64,000 bases of DNA from Longimicrobiales bacterium. Its GTDB lineage: Bacteria; Gemmatimonadota; Gemmatimonadetes; Longimicrobiales; Gaopeijiaceae. The DNA lies in contig JAWLHJ010000001.1 in the NCBI GenBank assembly GCA_041690395.1, positions 608,001 to 672,000 on the forward strand, in the 5' to 3' direction. The translations under genes were made by a program, and so were the position numbers. Below the pieces are notes generated by a model that saw only the letters and a list, made by a program, of their open reading frames with translations, made no database searches and was not told where the DNA came from. Within the stretch, counting starts at the first letter, position 1, and every line of letters begins with the position of its first letter. Shown here piece by piece: positions 8,924 through 19,064 of the stretch.

Positions 8924-10402
8924 ATGATGCGCAGCCTCATCGCAACGGCCGCGGTGCTTTCGACGCTCGTTCTTCCGTCCGGCGCGGAGGGTGGGCCAGG
9001 TGGTATGATCGACGCCACCGTCGACCGAGCCACTCGGGCCGTCCAGGTAGCGGATACCCTACGCTCCACCGCGGCCGACCGTGACTCGGTGTCCATCACG
9101 GTGTACAACCAGAACTTCGGTCTCGTGCGCGAGATCCGGACGCTCGATCTCTCCCGCGGGCTGATCGACCTCGAGTTCGCGGACGTGGCGTCGGGCATCC
9201 AGCCCGAGACGGTGCACATCCGGCCGCTGGCGGGCGCCGGACTCCAGGTCCTGGAGCAGAACTACCAGTTCGACCTCCTCGACCCGCAGAAGCTGCTCGA
9301 GAAGTACGTGGGGAGGACGGTGACGGTCTACCGGACCAATCCGGTCACGGGCATCGACGAGCCCGTGCAGGCCGAGGTGATCTCCGTCAACGGTGGGCCG
9401 ATCCTCAGGATCGACGGAGAGATCACGTTCAACTACCCGGGACGCTTCGGCTTCCCCGAACTCCCCGACAATCTCATCGCCGCGCCGACCCTCCTCTGGC
9501 GTCTCGACGCGGCGGGCGACCGGCAGCGGGTCGAGGTGACGTATCTCACGAACGACCTGAACTGGAGGTCCGACTACGTGATGGTCCTTAACGAGGACGA
9601 CACGGCCGCGGACCTCACGGGCTGGGTGACCCTCACGAACCGGAGCGGAGCCACGTACGACGGCGCCCGCCTGCAGTTGGTGGCCGGCGACGTCCAGCGT
9701 CTGTCGGCGCAGGAGGGCTTCGCGCTCGACGAGCTCGTGGTGACCGGCGCCAGGGCGGCCGCGCCCTCGTTCCAGGAGGAGGCGTTCTTCGAGTACCACC
9801 TCTACACGCTCCAGCGCCCCGCCGACGTGGTGAACAACGAGCAGAAGCAGGTGGTCCTGCTGGAAGCCGCGGACTTCGAGGTCGAGAAGCAGCTCATCTT
9901 CCGGGGATTGCCACAGTACTACCGTAGCCAATACGGGCAGATCTCTGCGAACCAGAAGGTCGGGGTCTTCCTCGACTTCGAGAACAGCGAGGAGGCGGGG
10001 CTCGGCATGCCCCTCCCGCGCGGAACCGTGCGGGTCTACAAGCGTGACGCGCGCGGCCAGCAGCAGTTCATCGGTGAGGACCTGATCGACCACACACCCC
10101 GTGACGAGCGCGTGCGCATCAAGATGGGCGAGGCGTTCGACGTCGTCGCCGACCGGACGCAGATGGATTACACCGTCATCTCGCGGTGCGTGTCTGAGAG
10201 CACCTGGCGCATCGACGTGCGGAACCACAAGGACGAGGACGTGACCGTGCAGATCGTGGAGCCGGCCGGTGGCGACTGGGAGATCGTGTCCGAGTCCCAC
10301 ACGAGCACACGGGTGGACGCGTCGACCTTCACCTTCGAGCCGCTCGTCCCGTCGCGCGGCTCGGTGCGCGTGGAGTACCGGGTGCGGGTGCGGTGGTGCT
10401 GA
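8924..10402 (+). CDS. DUF4139/DUF4140 domain secreted protein
   Basis: Signal peptide; VTVYNQNFGLVRE, EQNYQFDL, LNW.SDY, WVTLTNRSG, EYHLY, LGMPLP.G.VRVY, IDHTP; RBS AAGGAG. Confidence 0.8.
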   Translation: MMRSLIATAAVLSTLVLPSGAEGGPGGMIDATVDRATRAVQVADTLRSTAADRDSVSITVYNQNFGLVREIRTLDLSRGLIDLEFADVASGIQPETVHIRPLAGAGLQVLEQNYQFDLLDPQKLLEKYVGRTVTVYRTNPVTGIDEPVQAEVISVNGGPILRIDGEITFNYPGRFGFPELPDNLIAAPTLLWRLDAAGDRQRVEVTYLTNDLNWRSDYVMVLNEDDTAADLTGWVTLTNRSGATYDGARLQLVAGDVQRLSAQEGFALDELVVTGARAAAPSFQEEAFFEYHLYTLQRPADVVNNEQKQVVLLEAADFEVEKQLIFRGLPQYYRSQYGQISANQKVGVFLDFENSEEAGLGMPLPRGTVRVYKRDARGQQQFIGEDLIDHTPRDERVRIKMGEAFDVVADRTQMDYTVISRCVSESTWRIDVRNHKDEDVTVQIVEPAGGDWEIVSESHTSTRVDASTFTFEPLVPSRGSVRVEYRVRVRWC

Positions 10403-11270
10403 GCGCGAGCAGGCTGCGGGGATCCACGCTCGTGTGGCCGTAGCGGACGACCCAATGGAGGTGGGGACCCGTGACGCGTCCCGTCGCGCCCACGCGGCCG
10501 ACCGGGGTCCCCGCCTCGACGGTGTCACCCTCCGCCACGAGCTGCTCGCTGAGGTGGAAGTACCCGGTCACCAGTCCGGCGCCGTGATTCAGATAGACGA
10601 TGTTTCCGGCCAGCAGGAATTCGTCCACCAGCTCGACCACGCCACGCGCGGTCGCGTACACGATGTCCCCCGGATCGCCGTCCAGGTCGAGCCCCATGTG
10701 GCGGCTCGTCACCCGCCCGTTGAACTCCCGGCCGTCGCCGAAGCCGCTGGTCACGCGGTCGTCCCTGGGGATCCGGATCTCGGGCGTCCAGAGCCTCGGG
10801 GTCCGGTGCGCCGCGTCCGAGACACTGCGGGCCCTCGCCTGGTCACGTGCGAGGCGGACCTGGTCCGCCGAGTCCGGCGGGGCGCCGAAACGCGGCGCGA
10901 CCGTCAGCCGCTCGTGGCGGTAGGCGCCGGGCGCGACCGGGACGGCCCGCGGTAGCTCTACCGTCCGTCCATCCGTGTAGCGGACCGTGAGCGCCACGTC
11001 GAGCGCACCCTCGTGGTCGATGGGGACCGGGGCGAGCGTCTCGTGCCGGCCGTCATCCGTCGGGTGGAAGTGGAGCCGCTCTCCGGCCACCACGCCGTCC
11101 ACCTCGGCGATCCGCGCTCCCTCCGTGTCATGGACCCGAAGCAGGAACAGGTGTCCCTGGGCCGGCGTCGACGGTGCCCACGAGATTTCCGGAGCGAGGG
11201 GGGCGGGCGTCGTCGTGCCCGTGGCCGCCGCGAGGGGGAGGAGGAGGATCCAGAGGAACGGGTTCTTCAT
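10329..11270 (-). CDS. M23 family metallopeptidase
   Basis: Signal peptide; HMGLD (HxxxD), YFHLS, GATGRVTGPHLHW (HxH). Confidence 0.92.
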   Translation of the reverse strand: MKNPFLWILLLPLAAATGTTTPAPLAPEISWAPSTPAQGHLFLLRVHDTEGARIAEVDGVVAGERLHFHPTDDGRHETLAPVPIDHEGALDVALTVRYTDGRTVELPRAVPVAPGAYRHERLTVAPRFGAPPDSADQVRLARDQARARSVSDAAHRTPRLWTPEIRIPRDDRVTSGFGDGREFNGRVTSRHMGLDLDGDPGDIVYATARGVVELVDEFLLAGNIVYLNHGAGLVTGYFHLSEQLVAEGDTVEAGTPVGRVGATGRVTGPHLHWVVRYGHTSVDPRSLLALSTTAPAPGTPRAPSRATGRAARR

Positions 11271-11273
11271 CGG

Positions 11274-12770
11274 CTATTCCACGAGGAAGTTCAGCATCAT
11301 GCCCATGTCCTCGTGCTCGAGATTGTGGCAGTGCATGAGGAACAGGCCCCGGTGTGCCTCGAACCGCGCGACCACCTCGACGCGCTCGCCGGGAAGTACG
11401 AGGACCGTGTCCTTCAGGCCGGCCTCCCAGGGCATGACGCGCCCACGCCCGCCCGTGCGGGAACGCACCAGAAGCTGGCCGGCGTGCACGTGCACGGGGT
11501 GGGGGAGCTCGCTCGGGTTCTCGATCGTCCACACCTCGGTGCGGCCGAGCGGCACGCGCTCGTCGACGCGCTCCATCTCGAAGGTGCGGCCGTTGATCGT
11601 GTGGTTCATCATCATGCTCTCGAACCGGAACGAGCGGCGGGGCGTGCTCCCGTCGACCGGTCGCTCCGCGATCCGCGACAGCCGGTCGGGTAGCTCGAAC
11701 GCCGGCTCCGCCGGACCGTCCTCGACCACGAGCTCGAGCAGGTCCATGGGTGCGCCCTGGGGCAGCCCCCCCATCATGCCGCCCATCCCCCGTCCCATGC
11801 CGCGCCCCATCCGACCCATGCCCGGACCGCCCATCATCATGCCCGGGATCTGGAACTCGAACGACCGGAGGTAGATCCGGTCGCCCGGACGCGCGCTCGA
11901 GAAGTCCACGAGCACGTCGATCCGCTCACCGGTCGCCACCATCGCCCGCTCGACGCGCGTGGGTCGCTCCAGGAGCCCGCCGTCCGTTCCGATGAGCGTC
12001 AGCGGGCGGCCGTCGCTCAGGCCGAGCTCGAAGATGCGCGCGTTGGACGCGTTCAGGATCCGGAGGCGATAGGTCCCCCGAGCGACGCGCGTCGTGGCAT
12101 GAGCGACGCCGTTGGCGAAGGGGGTGTCGCCCAGGTACCCGATCATCCGGTCGGGTCCCATGCCGGCGGCCCGGTACTCCAGAGGGGCGCCCGACGAGGC
12201 ACGCCGATCCTGGAGCACCAGCGGGATCTCTCGGTCTTCGGACGGGAGGTCGAGCGCGGCCTCCTCCTCGTCCTCCACGATCAGCAGCCCCGCCATCCCT
12301 CGATAGGTCTGTGGCGCTGTCCGCATGTGCGTGTGGGGATGGTACCAGTACAAGCCCGCCCGGTCCCTCACCTCGAACCCATAGTCGTACCGTGTGCCCG
12401 GGGCGATGGCCAGCCGAGGGTGCCCGTCGGCGGCCTCCGGGACGTCCAGGCCGTGCCAGTGGAGGATCGTCTCCTCCGGCAGCCCGTTCTCGAGCGTGAT
12501 GCCGACCCGCTCCCCGCGTCGCATGCGGAGGGTAGGGGCGGGGAGTGCGCCGTTCAGCGTCCACGCCTCGCCCCGCGCGATCCCCGTGTCGACAGAGGTG
12601 GGTCCGGCCCGGAGCGTCGCACCGTTCGCGCGAAGCTCCCGGGGACGGGGCAGGGGTGTACGGCGCGGATCCTGGACGTCTGTCGGAGTGTGTCCCGCCA
12701 AAGCATCGCAGGCGGCCAGGGCCCCGGCCGCGCTCGCGAGGTGGAGGAATCGTCGGCGGTCCATGGTCAT
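11274..12770 (-). CDS. Tat-exported multicopper oxidase (CueO-like)
   Basis: DRRRFL Tat motif; HWHG, WYHPH, HPVHVH, HCHNLEHEDMGMM copper ligands; Met/Gly-rich insert; ATGA overlap with the cupin stop. Confidence 0.93.
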   Translation of the reverse strand: MTMDRRRFLHLASAAGALAACDALAGHTPTDVQDPRRTPLPRPRELRANGATLRAGPTSVDTGIARGEAWTLNGALPAPTLRMRRGERVGITLENGLPEETILHWHGLDVPEAADGHPRLAIAPGTRYDYGFEVRDRAGLYWYHPHTHMRTAPQTYRGMAGLLIVEDEEEAALDLPSEDREIPLVLQDRRASSGAPLEYRAAGMGPDRMIGYLGDTPFANGVAHATTRVARGTYRLRILNASNARIFELGLSDGRPLTLIGTDGGLLERPTRVERAMVATGERIDVLVDFSSARPGDRIYLRSFEFQIPGMMMGGPGMGRMGRGMGRGMGGMMGGLPQGAPMDLLELVVEDGPAEPAFELPDRLSRIAERPVDGSTPRRSFRFESMMMNHTINGRTFEMERVDERVPLGRTEVWTIENPSELPHPVHVHAGQLLVRSRTGGRGRVMPWEAGLKDTVLVLPGERVEVVARFEAHRGLFLMHCHNLEHEDMGMMLNFLVE

Positions 12771-13093
12771 GGTGCCGGCGCCAGCACGGCCAGCACCACG
12801 AGACGCCCGTCTCCCGTGTTGCGGATCCCGTGCGGCACACCGTCCGGTGCGATCAGCATGGTGCCGGCGTCCATCGCCTTCTCGCCGTCGTCCAGCAGGA
12901 ACACGCCCGAGCCTTCGAGCACGTGGTAGACCTTGTCCATGCCCTCGTGCGCGTGGAGTCGGTGCTCCTGACCGGGCTCGAAGGCGTTCAGCCCGACCAG
13001 CACGCGATCCGAGCGGAAGAGGTTGCTCTTGCCCATGCGCTCGGGGTCGAAGCTCGCGTGGTCGATGGGCCTGAACGGGGTCGGATGCTCCAT
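12767..13093 (-). CDS. Cupin domain protein
   Basis: PGQEHRLHAH...VLEGSG...P.GVPHGIRN cupin_2 motifs; 108 aa from ATG 13093. Confidence 0.85.
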   Translation of the reverse strand: MEHPTPFRPIDHASFDPERMGKSNLFRSDRVLVGLNAFEPGQEHRLHAHEGMDKVYHVLEGSGVFLLDDGEKAMDAGTMLIAPDGVPHGIRNTGDGRLVVLAVLAPAP

Positions 13094-13257
13094 GGGGCGG
13101 GCCTGCCGGCTTCCTGGGGGATCGAATCCGGACCTTCTCGTCGGGTCCGGGCGCCCCTCGCTGTACCGGATGGGTGCCGACGGCGTTCCGCTCTTGTTCG
13201 CGCGGGTGGAGCTTCCCAGGTTGCCCCGACCTCGATCCCATCCCCGAAAGCGACCCG

Positions 13258-14991
13258 ATGCCGAAGCCATCCCCGACCGACCCCTCGCGGCCGGACGCCG
13301 TCCGCCGCCGCGCCTTCCTCGCCTACTGCGGAAGCCTCGGGCTGGGATCGACGCTGTTCCCCGGCGCGCTCTGGGCGGAGTCGGGCGGCGGGCAGGAGGC
13401 CATCACGCCCGGGATGATCGACCAGGCCGCGAAGCTGGCGGGCCTCGAGTTCTCGGAGGCGGATCGCGTGGAGATGGTCGAGACGCTGGCGGCCAACCTG
13501 GAGATCTACGCGGGTCTGCGTGAGATCGACATCGATCAGAACGTCGCGCCGCCGCTCTACTTCAGCCCGGTCGTGCCGGGCCAGCGCCTCGACGACGAGC
13601 GCCGGCCGTTCCGCCCGAGCCCGACGCCGACGGTCACGCGTCCCGCGAATCTGGAGGACGTCGCTTTCTGGCCCGTCACGCATCTGGGCGCGCTCGTGGC
13701 GAGCGGGCAGGTGACGTCCGTCGAGCTGACCCGGATGTACCTGGCGCGACTTCGCCGGCACGACCCCGTGCTCGAGTGCGTGGTGACGCTCACCGAGGAG
13801 CTGGCGCTGACGGAGGCGGAGCGCGCCGACGCGGAGATCGCCGCGGGGCGCTACCGGGGACCGCTGCACGGGATCCCCTGGGGCGCGAAGGACATCATCA
13901 CCAAGCAGGGCTACCCGACGACCTGGGGCTCCGAGGCGTACCGCGACCAGGTGATCGACTACGACGCGACCGTGGTCCAGCGGCTCGCCGAGGCGGGAGC
14001 GGTGCTCGTGGCCAAGCTGTCGACCGGTGAGATCGCGCGCGGTGACCGCTGGTTCGGCGGGAAGCGTACGCGCAATCCCTGGGATCCCGAGCAGGGCTCC
14101 GGTGGATCGTCGGCCGGGCCGGGCGCCGCGGTCGCCGCCGGTCTGGTCGGGTTCGCGATCGGCAGCGAGACGCTCGGCTCGATCGTGGGACCGTCGGCGA
14201 CCTGCGGCATCACCGGGCTCCGCCCCACCTTCGGCATCGTCAGTCGCCACGGCGTGATGCCGGTGAGCTGGAGCCTCGACAAGGTCGGACCGATGTGCCG
14301 GTCGGTGGAGGACTGCGCGTTGGTGCTCGAGGCGATCCGCGGCCCGGATCTGCTCGACCTCGCCGTCGTCGACCGGCCCTTCAACTGGGACGCGGAGCTG
14401 CCGTTGGCCGGACTTCGGGTGGGGTATCTCGCCGAAGCGTTCGGGGGCGAGCCCGGAGGGCGGGGAGGTGGCGTGGGGCGCGCCAACGACGTGGCCACGC
14501 TGGAGACCCTTCGCCGGATGGGGGTGGAGCTACGGCCGTTCAGCCTGCCCGAGGACGCGGACATGGACGCGCTCCAGATGCTGCTCGTCGACGAGTCCGC
14601 CGCGTTCGACGAGCTGGTGCAGACCGGCCGGATCGACCTGCTCATCCAGGACCGGGACGAGCCGGAGGACATGCTCATGCGCGTGGCGCGGCTCTTCCCC
14701 GCTGTGGAGTATGTGCAGATGAATCGGCGGCGGACCCTGCTCATGCAGCGGATGGCCGAGGCGATGGCCGATCTGGACGTCTATGTGGCGCCGCACGGGG
14801 GGAGCGCGAACAACGGAGCGACCAACCTCACCGGGCATCCCGCGGTCACGGTTCCCAACGGATTCGCCGAGGACGGCACGCCGACGGGGATCATGTTCGT
14901 GGGGAAGATCTACGGCGAAGCCGGGATGCTGCGGCTCGCCAAGGCGTATCAGGACGCGACGGACTTCCACCTGCGGCGACCGGCGCTGTAG
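13258..14991 (+). CDS. Amidase signature family enzyme, probable Tat substrate
   Basis: RRRAFL leader; LHGIPWGAKD, GGSSAG, IGSETLGSI (Lys-cisSer-Ser). Confidence 0.9.
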   Translation: MPKPSPTDPSRPDAVRRRAFLAYCGSLGLGSTLFPGALWAESGGGQEAITPGMIDQAAKLAGLEFSEADRVEMVETLAANLEIYAGLREIDIDQNVAPPLYFSPVVPGQRLDDERRPFRPSPTPTVTRPANLEDVAFWPVTHLGALVASGQVTSVELTRMYLARLRRHDPVLECVVTLTEELALTEAERADAEIAAGRYRGPLHGIPWGAKDIITKQGYPTTWGSEAYRDQVIDYDATVVQRLAEAGAVLVAKLSTGEIARGDRWFGGKRTRNPWDPEQGSGGSSAGPGAAVAAGLVGFAIGSETLGSIVGPSATCGITGLRPTFGIVSRHGVMPVSWSLDKVGPMCRSVEDCALVLEAIRGPDLLDLAVVDRPFNWDAELPLAGLRVGYLAEAFGGEPGGRGGGVGRANDVATLETLRRMGVELRPFSLPEDADMDALQMLLVDESAAFDELVQTGRIDLLIQDRDEPEDMLMRVARLFPAVEYVQMNRRRTLLMQRMAEAMADLDVYVAPHGGSANNGATNLTGHPAVTVPNGFAEDGTPTGIMFVGKIYGEAGMLRLAKAYQDATDFHLRRPAL

Positions 14992-15031
14992 GAAGGTCCG
15001 CGCCGAGGCTGCACGCGCGGCCAGGTCGTCC

Positions 15032-15703
15032 TCAGTCCGCCCGCAGGCTCGTCACTTCCAGCACGTTCGACAGGCCACACATCTCACGCGGAAGCACGCG
15101 ACCGTCCATGGTCACGGTCGTGTTCGCCTCGATGCCCTCGACGGTGCCGTCTTCCCCGAGCAGAGCGTACTGGATGCCGTCGATGTCCCGGAGGATCGAG
15201 CACCCGTCGTCCCGGTGGGTCACCCGTCCGGTCCGCCGCACCATGCCTTCGTCGTTGGTCACGTGGAAGGCATCGGAGAGCGCGATGGGGCGGAAGTAGA
15301 TATCGAAGACGATGAACAGGTGGACCCTGTCCCACGACGCCCATTCCGGGACCGCGACCGAGACGTCGAACTCGCCCTCCTGACCGGTCATGAGCTCCTG
15401 GAAGGCTTCGAAGCCGGCCTGCGCGGCGCCGATGCCGACGCGGATCGGCGTGATGACCGGCATGTCCTCGGTGTTGACGCGCACGACGGTGCCGGGAGGC
15501 CCGCTCCTCGGGTGGATCAGCTCGATCTTGCGCTGGATGGCGCCCATGTCCACGTCCCTGGAGTCCACCGTCTGGGCGGTCACGGCCTCGGGCGCGAGCG
15601 CCGGTGCGGCAGCGAGCATCAGGAGCATCACCCAGGCGGTCGGGAAGGGCCGCTGAAGGGATATGTGGGAAGGGCTACGGAGGATCTGGCGTGACGGGTT
15701 CAT
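15032..15703 (-). CDS. Hypothetical secreted protein (Ig-like N-domain plus small beta domain with two Cys)
   Basis: C-terminal part of ORF 15032..17026; hydrophobic signal LLMLAAAPALA, protein-like composition thereafter; start uncertain. Confidence 0.65.
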   Translation of the reverse strand: MNPSRQILRSPSHISLQRPFPTAWVMLLMLAAAPALAPEAVTAQTVDSRDVDMGAIQRKIELIHPRSGPPGTVVRVNTEDMPVITPIRVGIGAAQAGFEAFQELMTGQEGEFDVSVAVPEWASWDRVHLFIVFDIYFRPIALSDAFHVTNDEGMVRRTGRVTHRDDGCSILRDIDGIQYALLGEDGTVEGIEANTTVTMDGRVLPREMCGLSNVLEVTSLRAD

Positions 15704-15862
15704 GATCGATGCCTTGGCGCGGTGACGGATATGGGAATACTCGCGACCCGCCCGATGGGTTCGAAAGGGGCTCGTGGTGAACGCGACTTGCGGCCTATGC
15801 CCGGGGCGTCGCACCCTCCACCGGGCGATCGATATCACTTTGGAGGTCAGGATGGAGAAAGC

Positions 15863-17293
15863 ATGAGAGCATCGACCGCGCTCGTCGCCGCGGCGCTGGC
15901 CCTTCCGGGGGTTGCGATTCCGGTCGCCGCGCAATCGTACGACGCGCTCTCCGAGAGCGTCAGGGAGTTCGTCTCGGTCTCGGCGTCCCACGTCCTCATC
16001 CGCGACGTGCGGCTCATCGACGGCACGGGCGCGCCGGCCCGCTCGGGCATGTCCGTCGAAGTGCGCGACGGGCGCATCGCGAGGGTCGCGCCGACCCGCG
16101 AGCTCGGTAGCGTACCCGGGGCGGAGGTGATCGACGGCGCGGGTCACACGCTCATGCCCGGGCTGGTGATGCTCCACGAGCACATGTTCTATCCGTCGGG
16201 CCAGACGCGCTACAACACGAACCAGGTGTCCTTTCCGCCCCTGTACCTGGCGGGTGGGGCCACGACCATCCGCACCGGGGGAAGCCTCGATCCGTACACC
16301 GACCTCTCGATCCGTCGCGAGATCGAGGCGGGCCGTATACCGGGCCCGACGATGGATGTGACCGGACCCTACCTGGAAGGGCCGGGTGGCTTCATCTGGG
16401 CGTTCCCGGCCCTCTCGACGCCCGAGCAGGCCCGGGACCACGTGAACTTCTGGGCCGACCTCGGCGTCACGTCGTTCAAGGCGTACAACCTGATCGACCG
16501 GGCCACCCTCGGGGCCGCGATCGAGGCCGCGCACGCGCGTGACATCAAGGTGACCGGCCATCTGTGCTCGATCACCTACCGCGAGGCGGCGGACCTCGGC
16601 ATCGACAACCTGGAGCACGGCTTCTTCGCCGCGACCGACTGGGTGGCGGACAAGCAGCCGGACGAGTGTCCGCGCGGCGCGAGCCAGAGCTACCTGGACC
16701 TCGACATCGAAGGCCCGGCCTTCACCGACCTCGTCGACCATCTCGTGGAGCGGGGTGTGGCCGTGACGTCCACGCTCACCGTCGTCGAGCGACGCGCGCC
16801 GCACCGCGCGCCACCTCCGGAAGGGGCGCTCGAGGCGATGCTGCCACAGCTTCGCGAACAGGTCGAGGCGCGCCTCGCGCGGGCGAGCGAGCCCGGCAAC
16901 CAGGCGGGGCAGCTGCTCGAGAAGTATATGGCGATGGAGAAGGCGTTCTACGACGCCGGCGGACTGCTCGTCGTCGGCACGGACCCGACGGGCGGCGGCG
17001 ATGTCGTGCCCGGTTACGCGAACCAACGGGCCCTGCAGCTCCTCGTCGAGATCGGCCTCACCGTCGAGCAGGCGGTCGAGGTCGCCACCCGCAACGGCGC
17101 GCTCTACCTGGAGCGGGAGGACGAGATCGGGACCATCGAGGAGGGCAAAGTCGCCGACCTCGTGCTCCTCACCGGTGATCCGGCCGCGGACGTCGCCGCC
17201 TTCCGGAACACCCGGCTCGTCTTCAAGGACGGCGTCGGATACGACTCCGCCAAGCTGTTCGCGTCCGTTCGAGGGTGGGTGGGGGTGCGCTGA
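15863..17293 (+). CDS. Secreted metal-dependent amidohydrolase
   Basis: Signal peptide; LIDGTG, IDGAGHTLMPGLVMLHEH, GH, LEHG, GTD, GTIEEGKVADLV; RBS GGAG. Confidence 0.9.
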   Translation: MRASTALVAAALALPGVAIPVAAQSYDALSESVREFVSVSASHVLIRDVRLIDGTGAPARSGMSVEVRDGRIARVAPTRELGSVPGAEVIDGAGHTLMPGLVMLHEHMFYPSGQTRYNTNQVSFPPLYLAGGATTIRTGGSLDPYTDLSIRREIEAGRIPGPTMDVTGPYLEGPGGFIWAFPALSTPEQARDHVNFWADLGVTSFKAYNLIDRATLGAAIEAAHARDIKVTGHLCSITYREAADLGIDNLEHGFFAATDWVADKQPDECPRGASQSYLDLDIEGPAFTDLVDHLVERGVAVTSTLTVVERRAPHRAPPPEGALEAMLPQLREQVEARLARASEPGNQAGQLLEKYMAMEKAFYDAGGLLVVGTDPTGGGDVVPGYANQRALQLLVEIGLTVEQAVEVATRNGALYLEREDEIGTIEEGKVADLVLLTGDPAADVAAFRNTRLVFKDGVGYDSAKLFASVRGWVGVR

Positions 17294-18453
17294 TGGCCGA
17301 TGAGACGCTGCTGATCCCCGGCACGCAGGCGACCTCGCTGGCGGACCAGAACGGGAACATCGTCTACAACGCGGTCCGGGTCAGCCTCGGCCTCCAGAAG
17401 GACGAGCTTGGCGGGCGTCCTCCGGACGAATGGCAACGGCTGCTGTCCATCGCGCAGGACCCGGGTAGCTGGCGTCCGAGCCGGACCTCGTTGGAGCCGG
17501 GCACCGAGATCGTGCCGCATGCGGTCGTCGGGACCCCATACGACCGCATGATGTCGTTCGCGGAGCCGTGGCCGTATGACTGGCGGATGGATATGCGCTA
17601 CAACGCCCAGCTTCTGCTCGAGCACATGCGCGCGAACAAGCCGGCGAACGGCCGGTTCAACCTGATCGGCCATTCGCAGGGCGGCCTGGTCATCATCCTC
17701 GCGAGTAAGCTGACGTTCGACCTGAACGAATTCTCACGCCTGGTGGCTCGCGTCGTGCTCGTCGGGTCTCCCCTGGCGGGTACGATGCGCGCCGCGGAGG
17801 CGCTCATCTGGGGGAGCGAGGGTCTGGGTGAGGACAACGTGAAGGCGGCCCGTGGGATGGGGCTGACCTGGCCGGCCCTCTACCAGATGCTCCCCACCTG
17901 GCGGGCGGTGGTGCGCGCGGACGAGGCGCCCGAGTCGGACGACCGGCAACTCCTCCAGCGGGGTGGGTGGCCGGGTCCGTTCGGTGAAGGCGTCCAGGAC
18001 GATCTCCTGCTCCGGGCTCGCGAGACCGCGGATCTCCTGGCGGGTCCCTTCTCGCGGCTCGGGTCCGGGACGATGGCCATGGCGATCATGGGCAAGCGGC
18101 AGATGACGCCCTTCGAGGTGGTTCGGGATGGCGACCGTCTGCCCGAAGCGCACTCGTACGCTCGCAATCAGCAGGGGGACGACCTGGTGCCTTATCTGGG
18201 AACGCTCGGCTGGGGCGGCGCGGGCTTCGGCGATCGCGTGGTGGCGCTGACCGGACGCTCGGAGAAGCACGCCTTCCTCTGCAACGATCCCGACGCGCTC
18301 GACCTCACCCGGCGATTCCTGCGTGCCGACGCGCCCCCACCGCCGACCGCCCCGCCGGTGCGTGCGCCGGAGTCGTCTTTCCACGGCGTGACCCCGGTGG
18401 CGCTGGACGTGCCGCCACCCGGTGGGCCGGGTGCGCCGGGAGTGCCGACGTGA
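17293..18453 (+). CDS. Alpha/beta hydrolase, lipase/LCAT-like acyltransferase
   Basis: LIPG, PYDWR, IGHSQGG, GSPLAG, LYQMLP, GDDLVP, distal His; TGATG overlap with the upstream gene; Pro-rich tail. Confidence 0.8.
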   Translation: MADETLLIPGTQATSLADQNGNIVYNAVRVSLGLQKDELGGRPPDEWQRLLSIAQDPGSWRPSRTSLEPGTEIVPHAVVGTPYDRMMSFAEPWPYDWRMDMRYNAQLLLEHMRANKPANGRFNLIGHSQGGLVIILASKLTFDLNEFSRLVARVVLVGSPLAGTMRAAEALIWGSEGLGEDNVKAARGMGLTWPALYQMLPTWRAVVRADEAPESDDRQLLQRGGWPGPFGEGVQDDLLLRARETADLLAGPFSRLGSGTMAMAIMGKRQMTPFEVVRDGDRLPEAHSYARNQQGDDLVPYLGTLGWGGAGFGDRVVALTGRSEKHAFLCNDPDALDLTRRFLRADAPPPPTAPPVRAPESSFHGVTPVALDVPPPGGPGAPGVPT

Positions 18454-19046
18454 CGGCCCGTGGGGCTCGACGGCCCGGAGCGGCGCGGCCACCCGGCGTG
18501 GCACCGCCACGCCGCGCGGTCCGGGCCGCGGCGATCGTGGTGGCCGCCGCCCTCGCGTTCGCGGCGGCACCGACGGACTCCGCCGCGCAGTCCTGGAGGG
18601 CTCATGGAGCCTGGGTGTCGGGGCACGTGGCCGGCGGTGCCTTCGGGCCCGAGTTCCGGCGTCCGCTCGGCGAGGAGCCGCCGCTGCCCCTGCCGGGCAC
18701 GCCCGGGAGCGGGCCGGTCGAGGTCGCGTCACGGGTCTGGCACCTGACGGGCATGCTGGGCGTCGGGGTGAACGGCGCGCCCCCGGCGGAGTCCGGGAGG
18801 GGCGTGGAGCCGCTGCTTTACGCTCATGCCGGGCTCCTGTACCGGACCGGCAGGTCGATACCCGGCTACGTGGGCGTCGTCGCGGCCGCGTACGTGCCTG
18901 CCGGAGCCGTGGGACCGGCGGCTTACGTCGAGGCGGCCGACGTGGCGGCGCTGCAGCTCGGGGCCATGCACGGACACGGAGCGTGGCACGGGCACGCCGC
19001 GCTGAGCCTCAGCATGCGCTTCCTCCGCGACGTTCTGGGCGGCTGA
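18450..19046 (+). CDS. Hypothetical secreted, beta-strand-rich protein
   Basis: Signal-like AAIVVAAALAFAAA; alternating amphipathic strands; GTGA overlap with the upstream stop. Confidence 0.55.
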   Translation: MTARGARRPGAARPPGVAPPRRAVRAAAIVVAAALAFAAAPTDSAAQSWRAHGAWVSGHVAGGAFGPEFRRPLGEEPPLPLPGTPGSGPVEVASRVWHLTGMLGVGVNGAPPAESGRGVEPLLYAHAGLLYRTGRSIPGYVGVVAAAYVPAGAVGPAAYVEAADVAALQLGAMHGHGAWHGHAALSLSMRFLRDVLGG

Positions 19047-19064
19047 GGCGAGCGCCTCCAGCCG

